DNA of 58,008 bases, counting the filler, from an uncultured Myxococcia bacterium (GTDB taxonomy: Bacteria; CAZTWC01), in assembly GCA_964617105.1 (NCBI GenBank). It is 3 parts of 3 records of this genome, joined end to end, with 100 filler letters (N's around TTAATTAATTAA, not from the genome) between each part and the next. Parts side by side here need not be neighbours in the genome. Positions count along the whole stretch, not along the records: positions 1 to 19,557 come from CAZTWC010000038.1; 2 more parts are not named here. One strand, 5' to 3'. Positions 1 through 9,520 of the stretch are shown piece after piece. The notes beneath the pieces are model-generated. The model was not told the DNA's origin and searched no databases. It worked only from the letters and a program-made list of their open reading frames with translations. Position numbers and translations under genes: made by a program. The first letter of the stretch is position 1; each line of letters starts with the position of its first letter.

Positions 1-2
1 AA

Positions 3-1040
3 CAGGCGGAAGCAATTTTTCGTCAAACCGGCAACAGCACTATCCTGTTTGTGGATGAGATCCACCGCTTCAACAAAGCTCAACAGGATGCCTTTTTACC
101 CTTTGTGGAGCGGGGTGAAATAATATTAATTGGTGCGACTACAGAGAATCCCTCTTTTGAGATCATTACCCCCCTGTTGTCCAGGCTGCAAATTTTTCGG
201 CTGGAACAATTAACCGAAGAAGATATCGGGCAGATTCTTAAAAATGCCCTGGATTCATCCACAGGGTACAACGGTCAATATCCTCAAAACCAGGAGGTGA
301 TCTCCTTTATCATCTCCAGATCTGGAGGCGATGGCCGCCGCGCCTTGATGATGATGGAAATAGTGATTAGGGAATTAGGCGATAATCAGGCTGACCAAGA
401 GAAATTGGAACAAATATTCTCCTCCACCTCCTTTTGGTATGACAAGCGGGGAGATCAACATTTCAATCTAATCTCCGCCCTGCATAAAAGTCTGCGCAAC
501 AGTGATCACCAGGCCTCCCTTTACTGGTTGGCCAGAATGTTGACCGCTGGAGAAGACCCTCTCTATATTGCCAGACGCATGGTGCGTTTTGCCAGTGAAG
601 ATGTGGGGCTGGCTGATCCACAAGCGCTCCAGGTGGCCATGGCTGCTAAAGATTCGGTTCACTTTTTAGGAATGCCGGAGGGTAACCTGGCCCTGGCCCA
701 GGCGGCAGTCTATCTTGCCACCGCGCCTAAGAGCAATGCTCTCTACTTTGCCTATAAAAAAATTGAAAAGGATTTGAAAAAAGGGAAAGCTTTTCCCCCG
801 CCTCTGCATATCTGTAACGCCCCCACTTCGCTGATGAAAAAAGAGGGGTATGGCAAAGGTTACCAATATGCACACAATCTAAAAGAGAAGGTGGCCAATA
901 TGGAATGCCTGCCATCTCAATTATCGGGGACCGTCTATTATCAACCCGGCCCAATGGGATTTGAAAAGAGTATTGCCGCCCGAATAGACTATTGGCAGCG
1001 AATGAAAGATGGGCTGCATAAAGAGCAAGATGACCAATAG
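3..1040 (+). CDS. rarA: Replication-associated recombination protein A (RarA/MgsA AAA+ ATPase), 5'-truncated by window edge
   Basis: Walker B region ILFVDEIHRFNKAQQD, GATTENP, ISALHKSLR, ASEDVGLADP, GYQYAH; frame is open back to position 3. Confidence 0.95.
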   Translation, partial: QAEAIFRQTGNSTILFVDEIHRFNKAQQDAFLPFVERGEIILIGATTENPSFEIITPLLSRLQIFRLEQLTEEDIGQILKNALDSSTGYNGQYPQNQEVISFIISRSGGDGRRALMMMEIVIRELGDNQADQEKLEQIFSSTSFWYDKRGDQHFNLISALHKSLRNSDHQASLYWLARMLTAGEDPLYIARRMVRFASEDVGLADPQALQVAMAAKDSVHFLGMPEGNLALAQAAVYLATAPKSNALYFAYKKIEKDLKKGKAFPPPLHICNAPTSLMKKEGYGKGYQYAHNLKEKVANMECLPSQLSGTVYYQPGPMGFEKSIAARIDYWQRMKDGLHKEQDDQ

Positions 1041-1049
1041 TATCAACAA

Positions 1050-1967
1050 CTAGCCAATAATCGAAGTCAAAGCCTCTTGCAGAAGATATGAGCATCCCTG
1101 GCGCCGGTATTGCACTGATGAGCGGATATCGTCAATGGGGGTGGCTTCCAGCGCCACCTGGTGGGCGGCCTGGGTAATTAGTTCCTGGGTCAAAGAGGAG
1201 CCGGCCAGCATCTTTTCGGTTTCAGGCGCCCTGATTACGGTGGGGGCCACTGCTCCCAGGGCGATTCTGGCCTCAACTATCCGGGCCTGGCCTTTATCAT
1301 TATCATCTCGTTCTATTCTGGTCCACAAAGCCAAAGAAACTTTGGAGATGGCCAGGGCAGCTCTCTGTCCCAGCCGTAAAAAACGATGAAACGTTTCCTG
1401 GCCCTTCCGGGCCGGAGTTTTATCCGTCATCTGACCTACCCGACCAAGAGGGGTGAAATTGACTCTGGTGAGTAGTTCGTCATCCTCAACTATCGACTGG
1501 CCAGGGCCGGTAAAAAAATCTTCTATGGCCACCTGCCGTTCTCCCTGACTGCTCGATCTCAAAATTACCGAAGCTGCCAAGGTATATAGAGGCGGAATTA
1601 GATCGCCGGCTGGTGAGGCGTTGGCCAGATTTCCCCCCAGGGTGCCGCGGTTGCGAATTTGGGGTGAACCAATCAGAGCCGCTGCTTCACATAGGCCTGG
1701 TGCATGTTGGGCCAGAAGGGGCGAGCCGGCAATCTGGCTGTGAGTGGTCAGAGCGCCCATACTGATAAGACCATTCTGAAGGGAGATCCCCTTCAACTCC
1801 TCTAAGGAAACAATGTTAATAAACTCCAGCCCCAGACGGGGAGTATCTTTAAACCTTACCAGTAAATCGGTGCCACCAGCCAGGATAAAGGCCTGGTTTC
1901 TCTTTTCAGCCATTCGTACCAGACACTTGTCCAGGCTTTTGGGAGTATAAGTTATGGGATCTATCAT
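1050..1967 (-). CDS. Xanthine dehydrogenase-family FAD-binding subunit (CoxM/XdhB-like)
   Basis: LAGGTDL, SPQIRNRGTLGGNLANASPAGD, PIDDIRSS motifs; clustered with Mo and Fe-S subunits. Confidence 0.93.
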   Translation of the reverse strand: MIDPITYTPKSLDKCLVRMAEKRNQAFILAGGTDLLVRFKDTPRLGLEFINIVSLEELKGISLQNGLISMGALTTHSQIAGSPLLAQHAPGLCEAAALIGSPQIRNRGTLGGNLANASPAGDLIPPLYTLAASVILRSSSQGERQVAIEDFFTGPGQSIVEDDELLTRVNFTPLGRVGQMTDKTPARKGQETFHRFLRLGQRAALAISKVSLALWTRIERDDNDKGQARIVEARIALGAVAPTVIRAPETEKMLAGSSLTQELITQAAHQVALEATPIDDIRSSVQYRRQGCSYLLQEALTSIIG

Positions 1968-1975
1968 ACTGTTCT

Positions 1976-2761
1976 CTAATTTTTATTGAGTATATCTATC
2001 ATTTTAGCCATTATACTCACCGCAATCTCAAAAGGAGTCTTGGATTTGATGGGCAAACCCATGGGCGAGTCTATCCTGGCTAACAAAGAATCATCCACTC
2101 CTTGCTGGCTGAATTTTTGGAAAATTTTATCCCGCTTCCGCTTGGAAGATATCATCCCCAGGTAGTTGTAGGGCTTTTCCACCAAATTGCGCAACACTAC
2201 CTCATCATGGGCATGGCCATAGGTCATAATAGCCAAAAAATCCCGGGGACTGGTCTGCAAATCCTGCGAAATCTGCTCAAAATCCCCCAGCATCACCTGG
2301 GCTCCGGGAAAATTATTTTGGTTGGCCCACTCAGGGCGATGATCAACCACCAGGCATCTAAATCCCTGCTTAATAGCCAGGGATGCCAGTTCCCGGGACA
2401 CATGACCGGCGCCAAAAATAACCAGGCGTTGGGCAGAAAGGAGCGGTTCGATAAAAATGGTCATTTTACCGCCGCACAACATCCCTATCCCTTTCCCATC
2501 TTCTCCCCCGGCTCCCTCTTCGAAAATTTCAAACTCTTTTAGGCAGGGTTTTCCCTCTTGCAAAGCCGATACCGCCTCTTTAATAGTCAGCAACTCCACC
2601 TTGCCGCCGCCTATGGTACCCCGGATCTGTCCTTCCGGGTCAACCAGCATGTGAGAACCCGTCCCTCGCGGAGTTGAACCCTGGGCATTTACCACGGTAA
2701 CCAGAGCCACATCCAAATTTTGCTGCAAATAGTTACTTAGATCATCAATAATTTCTCGCAT
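1976..2761 (-). CDS. xdhC: XdhC/CoxI-family molybdenum cofactor insertion accessory protein
   Basis: GSTPR, GTIGGG, GMLCGG, IFGAGHV, YLGMISS, SPMGL, TPFEIAVSI. Confidence 0.92.
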   Translation of the reverse strand: MREIIDDLSNYLQQNLDVALVTVVNAQGSTPRGTGSHMLVDPEGQIRGTIGGGKVELLTIKEAVSALQEGKPCLKEFEIFEEGAGGEDGKGIGMLCGGKMTIFIEPLLSAQRLVIFGAGHVSRELASLAIKQGFRCLVVDHRPEWANQNNFPGAQVMLGDFEQISQDLQTSPRDFLAIMTYGHAHDEVVLRNLVEKPYNYLGMISSKRKRDKIFQKFSQQGVDDSLLARIDSPMGLPIKSKTPFEIAVSIMAKMIDILNKN

Positions 2762-2765
2762 AGTA

Positions 2766-3218
2766 TTATCCTTTCACTTGTTCTGCTGCCTCCATCACCC
2801 TTTGATACCCGGTGCAGCGGCATAAATTACCGGAGATGGCAGTGGCCACCTCAAGCCGGTCAGGGTGGGGATTCTGTATAAATAGGGCTTTTAAGGAAAT
2901 CACCAATCCGGGAGTGCAAAAGCCACACTGAACCGCTCCCTGGTCAATAAAAGCCTGTTGAAGCACATCCAGTTTTTCGCCATTACTTATCCCCTCGATA
3001 GTGATAATCTCTGCCCCCTCCACCTGGCTGGCCATCACCAGACAGGAGTTTACCGCCAGACTATTAATAAGCACTGTGCAGGCTCCACACTCCCCTTTTC
3101 CACATCCCTCTTTGGTGCCAATCAAGCCAAACTTCTGGCGCAATAGATCCACCAACCGCAAGTCATACTCCAACTCCACTACCTTTTGCTCACCGTTTAT
3201 GCTAAAATTTATTTCCAA
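2766..3218 (-). CDS. Xanthine dehydrogenase-family 2x[2Fe-2S] subunit
   Basis: GTKEGCGKGECGACTV, VNSC, QCGFCTPG, GNLCRCTGY; TTG start. Confidence 0.95.
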   Translation of the reverse strand: MEINFSINGEQKVVELEYDLRLVDLLRQKFGLIGTKEGCGKGECGACTVLINSLAVNSCLVMASQVEGAEIITIEGISNGEKLDVLQQAFIDQGAVQCGFCTPGLVISLKALFIQNPHPDRLEVATAISGNLCRCTGYQRVMEAAEQVKG

Positions 3219-3253
3219 TTTTTATCTCAACTTTCGATCTAACCAAGAACTAA

Positions 3254-5581
3254 TTACTCTTCATTTAAATTGGCCAGAGCGGCCAGCATTCTCTCCGGGG
3301 TGGCCGGGATGGTGGTCAGCCTGACGCCGGTAGCGTGATAAATGGCATTGGTAATAGCAGGCGCTACTCCCATCAAAGGTTGTTCACCAAAACCTTTGGC
3401 CCCGTAAGGCCCCTGTTCAAAAGCACTTTCTACTATCAGCGGCTCCACCTGTGGCGCATCCAAAGATGATGGGATTATATAGGTAGAAAAATTGGTATTT
3501 TGCATCTCTCCCGCCGGATTGTGCAAAATCTCCTCCATAGTGCCGTACCCAGCACCTTGAACTGTGCCCCCCTGAATCTGCGCCTCCACCTGGTCTGGAT
3601 TTATGGCCTTACCTACATCGTGGGCAGCAATAACTTTTATTACCTTTACTTCGCCGCTTTGGGTATTTACCTCAACTTCAGCGATATTGGTAGCCCAGGC
3701 ATAAGTCATGTAAGCCTTGCCCCGGCCAGTTTCAGCATTCCAGTCCATTGACGGCACTTTGAACCAGCCGTGTCCTGACAACTGCCGTTTCTTTTCAGCA
3801 CAGCCTTTTATCACCTGGCTGATTTTTATCCCTGGTTGCCTACTATCTTTAAAAACCATCTCCTGTCCCCGGATCTCCAACTCCTCTATAGCCACCCCGC
3901 CCAACATTATTGCTCCCTCCAGAAAAAGGGAATGTCGGATGGGCCGGCAAGCATCGATAAGAGCATTGCCCGATACGGTGGTGGCGCGGGAAGCTACTGT
4001 GGGACCGCTGTCTGGAACACGGGAGGTATCAGCCGGATCCATCCTTACATTGACATAATCTATCCCCAACTGCTGGGCTACTATTTGGCTTAACACCGTG
4101 GTCATCCCCTGGCCCATTTCGGTGGTGCCCACCGCAAAACTGGCGCTGCTGTCAAACTCTAACTGCACATATGCCCCCGCCCGGGAGAGCTTATGTCCTG
4201 CTGATCCAAGCCCAACTCCATAATAAATAGTGGAAATTCCTAATCCTTTTTGAATCCATTTCGGTTTTTTTTTGGTTTTATCGCAACTGTTATCCTGTCT
4301 GGCATTGTCCTGTTCAAAGAGCCGACGCCGCTGATTCCAATCCGACTTCTCCAGCGCCTTTTCTAAAGTTTCGCCAATGCCTACGCTGCTTTCCAGTTGC
4401 TGGCCAGACCCGGTAAAGTCGCCTGATTTGAGGATATTAAGCCGTCTGATCTCAGCCGGATCCATCCCCAACTTAGCAGCCAACATATCCATGGCCGACT
4501 CCACGGCAAACAGGATTTGGGGAGAGCCAAAACCGCGAAAAGCGCCGCAAGGCACTTTGTTGGTGGCAACAGCATAGGATTTAAGCCACACATTGGGTAC
4601 CTGGTAAGATCCAAAAGCGTGGATAGTTCCTCGCCAGAGCACCACCGGACTTAGGGTGCTGTAGGCGCCGGCATCCAAAATGTAGGTCACCTGAGCGGCC
4701 AGCAATTTTCCCTGCCCATCGGCAGCCAGGCGGTAACGAATATGACCTGGATGGCGTTTACTCATGGATACCATATCCTCTTCCCGGGTATAGATCAATT
4801 TCACCGGCCGGCCGGTGTGCCAGGCTGCCAACGCCGCCTGGGACGCCACTAGCGAAGGAACATCCTCCTTACCGCCAAAAGCGCCGCCCGTAGTGGTCTG
4901 TATCACCTTAACCCGGCTCAATTTCATCCCCAAAACCTCGGCAACCCCTTCCCGCACATAAAAGGGACACTGCATAGAGCCATAAATCTCTATTCCGGTG
5001 GCGCCAGGCACCGCCACCATTCCCTGAGGCTCCAGGTAGGCATGCTCTTGGTATGGGGTGTGAAATTCGGCCTGCACTACGGCAGCCGCCTCCCCAAAAG
5101 CGCTATCCACATCACCGTATTGGTTGTGATATTTACTAAAAATATTATCCTGGCCGTAAATTTTGGGGGCATCTTTTGCCATGCCCAGCTCGGCATCCAA
5201 CACCGCCTCCATAGGTTTACACCGCACCACCACCTTTTGAGCGGCAAAACGCGCCATATCCCTGGTGGTAGCCGCTACCACCGCCACCGGCTCACCACAA
5301 TATCTGACCTCTTTTTCTGCCAGGCAGGGTTGATCGCGCAGTACAACCGGCACAATATTGCACCCAGGTATATCAACGGCGGTAAAAACCCCTTTTACCT
5401 GAGATAATTCATCAAGAGCCGAACTATCCAGACCCTCTATAACTCCCCGGGCCACCGGGCTTCTTACCACGGCAGCATATAATTGCCCGCTAAAAGAGAT
5501 ATCATCAATAAACAAAGCCTGGCCCCGCACTTTGGCTTTGGCATCGGTTCTGGGCAACCGGGATCCCACAAATTCGGACAT
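3254..5581 (-). CDS. Xanthine dehydrogenase-family molybdopterin-binding subunit
   Basis: QEHAYLEP, GGAFGGK, AFRGFG, EMGQG, TVASR, AKGFGE (catalytic Glu retained); substrate not determinable from motifs. Confidence 0.93.
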   Translation of the reverse strand: MSEFVGSRLPRTDAKAKVRGQALFIDDISFSGQLYAAVVRSPVARGVIEGLDSSALDELSQVKGVFTAVDIPGCNIVPVVLRDQPCLAEKEVRYCGEPVAVVAATTRDMARFAAQKVVVRCKPMEAVLDAELGMAKDAPKIYGQDNIFSKYHNQYGDVDSAFGEAAAVVQAEFHTPYQEHAYLEPQGMVAVPGATGIEIYGSMQCPFYVREGVAEVLGMKLSRVKVIQTTTGGAFGGKEDVPSLVASQAALAAWHTGRPVKLIYTREEDMVSMSKRHPGHIRYRLAADGQGKLLAAQVTYILDAGAYSTLSPVVLWRGTIHAFGSYQVPNVWLKSYAVATNKVPCGAFRGFGSPQILFAVESAMDMLAAKLGMDPAEIRRLNILKSGDFTGSGQQLESSVGIGETLEKALEKSDWNQRRRLFEQDNARQDNSCDKTKKKPKWIQKGLGISTIYYGVGLGSAGHKLSRAGAYVQLEFDSSASFAVGTTEMGQGMTTVLSQIVAQQLGIDYVNVRMDPADTSRVPDSGPTVASRATTVSGNALIDACRPIRHSLFLEGAIMLGGVAIEELEIRGQEMVFKDSRQPGIKISQVIKGCAEKKRQLSGHGWFKVPSMDWNAETGRGKAYMTYAWATNIAEVEVNTQSGEVKVIKVIAAHDVGKAINPDQVEAQIQGGTVQGAGYGTMEEILHNPAGEMQNTNFSTYIIPSSLDAPQVEPLIVESAFEQGPYGAKGFGEQPLMGVAPAITNAIYHATGVRLTTIPATPERMLAALANLNEE

Positions 5582-5591
5582 CTTTAAACTC

Positions 5592-6920
5592 CTAAAAATT
5601 TTCCCAAATTTCAGTGGCCAACTCGGTGGCCCTGGCTGCCAGCCTGGGCTGGTCTATATCTATCTTTAATTGCCTATCTTTCATGAGTACTTTACCGCCA
5701 CAGATGGTGGTGTTGACAAAGGACTGAGAAAGACCAAAGGCCAGATGTCCCATAAAGGAATTACTATCAAAAGGAGTAGGGGAAAAATAATCTATTAGGA
5801 TAATATCAGCAGCATTTCCCTCTTTTAATTGCCCCAGTCCTATATCCCAATATTTATTGGCAATAACCGCGTTGTTGACCAGCAGAGTGTTCAAGGATTC
5901 ACAAAATCCCTTCGAAGGGTTGTTTTTCTCCAGGTGATGTAGCCACAGGGCCGCCCTGACCTCCTCCATCATGTTGACTGTCATGGCATCGGTGCCCAGG
6001 CCAACGCAAAGTCCCTTTTCAGTCATGCCGATAATATCGGCTATACCCACGGCGTTGTTGGTGTTGGATTGGGGATTGTGCACCACCGCACTACCGCTTT
6101 TTTGGATTAACTCCATCTCCGATTGGTCAATATGGACACAGTGGGCAGTAATCGACTTTGGTCCCAACAGGCCAAACTTATCCAGCCGCTCTACCACCCT
6201 GATGCCATAATTTTTCAGACTGTATTCCTGATCAGACAAGGCCTCTGCTGTATGGATATGGAAACCGGTATCCAACCCCTGAGCCGCCTCTCTGACGGCT
6301 TGCAGGGTTTTATCACTCAGGGTAAAGGCGGCATGTAAGCCAAAAAGCCCCCGTAAATAGGGGTCATTTTCAGTTTGACATCTACGCAAAAAATCAACAT
6401 TTTCCTGGATCCCATCCTGGGCCACCTTCTCTCCATCACGATCAGAAACCTCGTAACATAGGCTAGCCCTTATCCCCACCTCTTTGACCGCTTTGGCGAT
6501 AATATTCAGAGAACCACGGACCGCTCCCGGGCTGGCGTGGTGGTCGATAATAGTGGTGGTTCCTCTGCTGACGGCATCGATTAAGGGCAGCATGGCGCTG
6601 ACATAACAACCTTCCAGAGTTAGCAATTTATCCAATTTCCACCAGAGGTTATTTAGCACTTCCACAAAGTTGGTAGATGGTTGAATTTTATAGAGCCCCC
6701 GGGCCAGGCTGCTGTAAAAATGCATGTGAGCGTTGATAAAACCGGGCATAACCACTTTACCCCCGGCATCTATAATCTGTTGGTAGGAGCCGGTAAAATC
6801 GGAATCTGGTCTAATTTTACTGATTTTATCTTCCTCAATCAACAGAGAATGCCCGTTAAGCACTTGATTTTCCAGACCTAAGGTGACAATAGTACCGTTT
6901 TTTATTAAAATGTCAGTCAT
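5592..6920 (-). CDS. ssnA: SsnA-family putative aminohydrolase (amidohydrolase superfamily)
   Basis: PGFINAHMHFYSSLARG, WWKLD, GTTTIIDHHASP, GLHAAFTLSD, HNPQSNTNNAVG, LGTD. Confidence 0.9.
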   Translation of the reverse strand: MTDILIKNGTIVTLGLENQVLNGHSLLIEEDKISKIRPDSDFTGSYQQIIDAGGKVVMPGFINAHMHFYSSLARGLYKIQPSTNFVEVLNNLWWKLDKLLTLEGCYVSAMLPLIDAVSRGTTTIIDHHASPGAVRGSLNIIAKAVKEVGIRASLCYEVSDRDGEKVAQDGIQENVDFLRRCQTENDPYLRGLFGLHAAFTLSDKTLQAVREAAQGLDTGFHIHTAEALSDQEYSLKNYGIRVVERLDKFGLLGPKSITAHCVHIDQSEMELIQKSGSAVVHNPQSNTNNAVGIADIIGMTEKGLCVGLGTDAMTVNMMEEVRAALWLHHLEKNNPSKGFCESLNTLLVNNAVIANKYWDIGLGQLKEGNAADIILIDYFSPTPFDSNSFMGHLAFGLSQSFVNTTICGGKVLMKDRQLKIDIDQPRLAARATELATEIWENF

Positions 6921-6984
6921 TATTCTTTATCCTTCCTGATTCGGTTCTACTATTTCACGGGAACTCATAAATTGATTAACAGGC

Positions 6985-9505
6985 TCAATCCTCCCGTAAG
7001 GCCGCTTTTTCAGCAGCATCTCTCTGGCGCATATAGAGAGCGCCAGACACACATTTTTTTACGCATATAGAGCAGCCAATGCATCGGGAAGGATCGGTTT
7101 TAGGTATTTTATCATTATCCAAAGATACCGCCAAATAGGGACAGCGGGTGCAGTTGCCGCAAGAGATGCATAGATCTCCATTAACACAGGATACTTTTTT
7201 GTCTGCCGGTAACTCCATAAAGTCAGCAATGGGGTTGGGTAAGGCTCTACCTATCAACTGGGATACCGACTCAATGCCCCGCTGCTGGAGAAGGTGACTG
7301 AGGCCGGAGCACAACTCGTGGATAATATCATACCCATATTTCATGGCCAAAGTGCAAAACTGCACGGTGCTGGCGCCCAAAGCCAGGAAATTGGCCGCAG
7401 CCAGATAATCCATGGGACCGCCGTTTCCGGAAATGGTCACGCCCAGAGGGGCGGCATTGGCCAGGGTCATGTAACTGATGGGGGTAATGCCGTCACCGCT
7501 CATCCCAACCACGATCCCCGGGTCCCACCCAGGTTGACCGCTATCGCCAGCTCCCTTGTCATCTCTACGAAAGGCCAGGCTGGGAAAAGAGTTAGCCAGG
7601 GTAACACCGGCCTTTTTATCAGGAAAACCGGCCAGGGTTTGGTTAACCGCCATTATAATCGGCTTAATGGAGGTCACCGCCCCGGTCATCTTGAACAGTT
7701 TAGGTACCTGGGGTTGGGAGGCTTCCATTATCCAGCCAATAATTTTGGCAGTCAAAGCAGCATTCTGGGAGACAATATCTCCTTCGGTGCCGTCCCCGCC
7801 CTGAGGACAAGAGAGACTGTATTCAATACTCATGGCGCCGGCGTCTTCCAACATTCTGGTATTCTCTTGCCAGATTTGTCTATCGGCCTGGTCGTCACCG
7901 GTCACCGGACCGCCGGTAGACGCTATGGTCAGCCGGTCTGGGTATTTTTCCACCAACTGTTCCACCTCCCGGCAAATCCGATCTAGAGGATGTCCTGAGA
8001 CATTATCGCAATTAGCATAGGTCAGCCGGTNNNNNNNNNNGAATATGGATGGGTAATCCGTTAAAAGCGGTTTTCATAACCCCACCGGCCCAACCGGCCT
8101 GATAGGCCTTCTCCATCTGCTCCAAGCCGTCAGTGGGCGGAGCGGCAGAAAGTAAAAAGGGCGAAATCAGAGCCCGGCCGAAATAATCGGTTTCCAAATC
8201 CACCGGAACCTGGTGGTAACCGGGTATGGTAAAAGTGCTTTTAATATTGCTATCTTCTGGTTTGGAAGTATCTGGGGCAGTTTGCTGCAAAGCGGCGGAC
8301 AGTTTGATGGCCGCATTTTTACCAGAGGCCACCGCCTCCACCACAGTAGTGGGGCCATTGTGGCAGTCACCGGCATAGACTATATGTTCCTTGACGCTAT
8401 CAGATTGTTTAAGAGGCATATTTCTACTGCCAATAGCCACGATTATCAGGTCAATATCATCTCGCACCTGCACAGTGCCCTCTTGGTCACTAATTTTAGT
8501 CAAATCGAAACTATCACCATCTAACTCAATCCTTTTTAATTTGAGTCGGGAGATCTTATCATTGCTACTCTCTATGGAAACTAACTTGCAACGTCCGGTA
8601 ATCTCCACCCCGGCCAGGATAATCTCTTCCCGTTCATCCTGGGTCAAAGGCATCTCACCCGCTTTTTCCAAACAAACCATCTCCACTGAAGAGCACCCTA
8701 TACTGCTGGCAATCAACGCACAGTCAGCAGCGGTAGCGCCGCCGCCAATCACCATAACTTTACCTGAAGCCTGGTCTGTGCCCAGATGTTTTTTTGGCCG
8801 GGCTAAAAAATCGAGTCCGCTCACAGTAGTCTCTTCACCGGGGATGCCCAATTTTATTGGCGCCATTAGGCCGGTGGCCGCCACCACTCCATTATAGCCC
8901 TGGGTAAAAAAATCACTTAGATCTTGTATAGCCTGTTGAGTAAATAGGTTTATCCCATCCAGGGAGAGAATAAACTCCAAATCTCTGTCCAACACCTCTT
9001 GGGGAAGCCTTTGGGAGGGGATAATATTGCACATCCCGCCAGCGGTTTCTCCCTGTTCATAAATATCAACTTGAAAGCCCAACTGAACCAGGCTGGCAGC
9101 AGCCGCCAGGCCGGCCGGGCCAGCCCCCGCTATGGCCACTTTTTGACCGTTTTTCTTCCTGGCCATAAAATTGGGAGTCTGTCCTATTTGGCTGGCTTTT
9201 TCAATGATAGTCATTTGCACCGATGGGATATCCACCGGCTGGTTAAGTTTCTTATACACACAGGCGCTCATGCAGTGTTGGTCGGGACATACCGCCCCGC
9301 ACACTCCTCCCAGAGGATTGCAACTTAAAATCATGGCCGCCGCCCTCTTCAGGTCAGCCGGCTCCATTTTTCTGGCCGCCATGATAAAATCAGCCGGACT
9401 GCAGTGAGCCGGACATTTATCCTGGCACGGTTTCTCCTGGCAATATTCACACTTCTCCATCTCCTGACGCAATTGTGCATCGCTTAATAGACCTTTTTTC
9501 AACAT
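6985..9505 (-). CDS. Single-chain dihydropyrimidine dehydrogenase-like flavo-Fe-S oxidoreductase (PreT-like + PreA-like + 2x[4Fe-4S]); one gene interrupted by the 10-N gap at 8031-8040
   Basis: N-terminal CEYC/PCQDKCP/CGAVCP Fe-S motifs and GAGPAG, GGGATAADC nucleotide motifs run into the FMN-barrel start SPFLLSAAPP...GGVMKT. The downstream frame is open up to the gap (RLTYANCDNVSGHPLDRICREVEQ), then SLSCP, GNGG and two ferredoxin-type Cys clusters. Confidence 0.85.
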
Positions 9506-9520
9506 AATTTTTTTGTCACC

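Noticed and set aside
3254-5581. Aerobic CO dehydrogenase CoxL
   Set aside because: It has AFRGFG rather than the AYxCSFR active-site loop
7294-7986. Long antisense ORFs (e.g. 7294-7986, 18937-19506, 36398-36907, 42898-43386, 44671-45159)
   Set aside because: They are shadows opposite well-supported genes and show no recognisable motifs
1050-9505. Selenocysteine recoding or a demonstrably selenium-dependent hydroxylase
   Set aside because: No in-frame TGA splits these genes and no yqeB/yqeC/selD is in the window; labile-Se dependence cannot be judged here
6985-9505. Two separate genes (preT + preA) or a frameshifted pseudogene
   Set aside because: The break coincides with a nominal 10-N gap and both frames are open up to it
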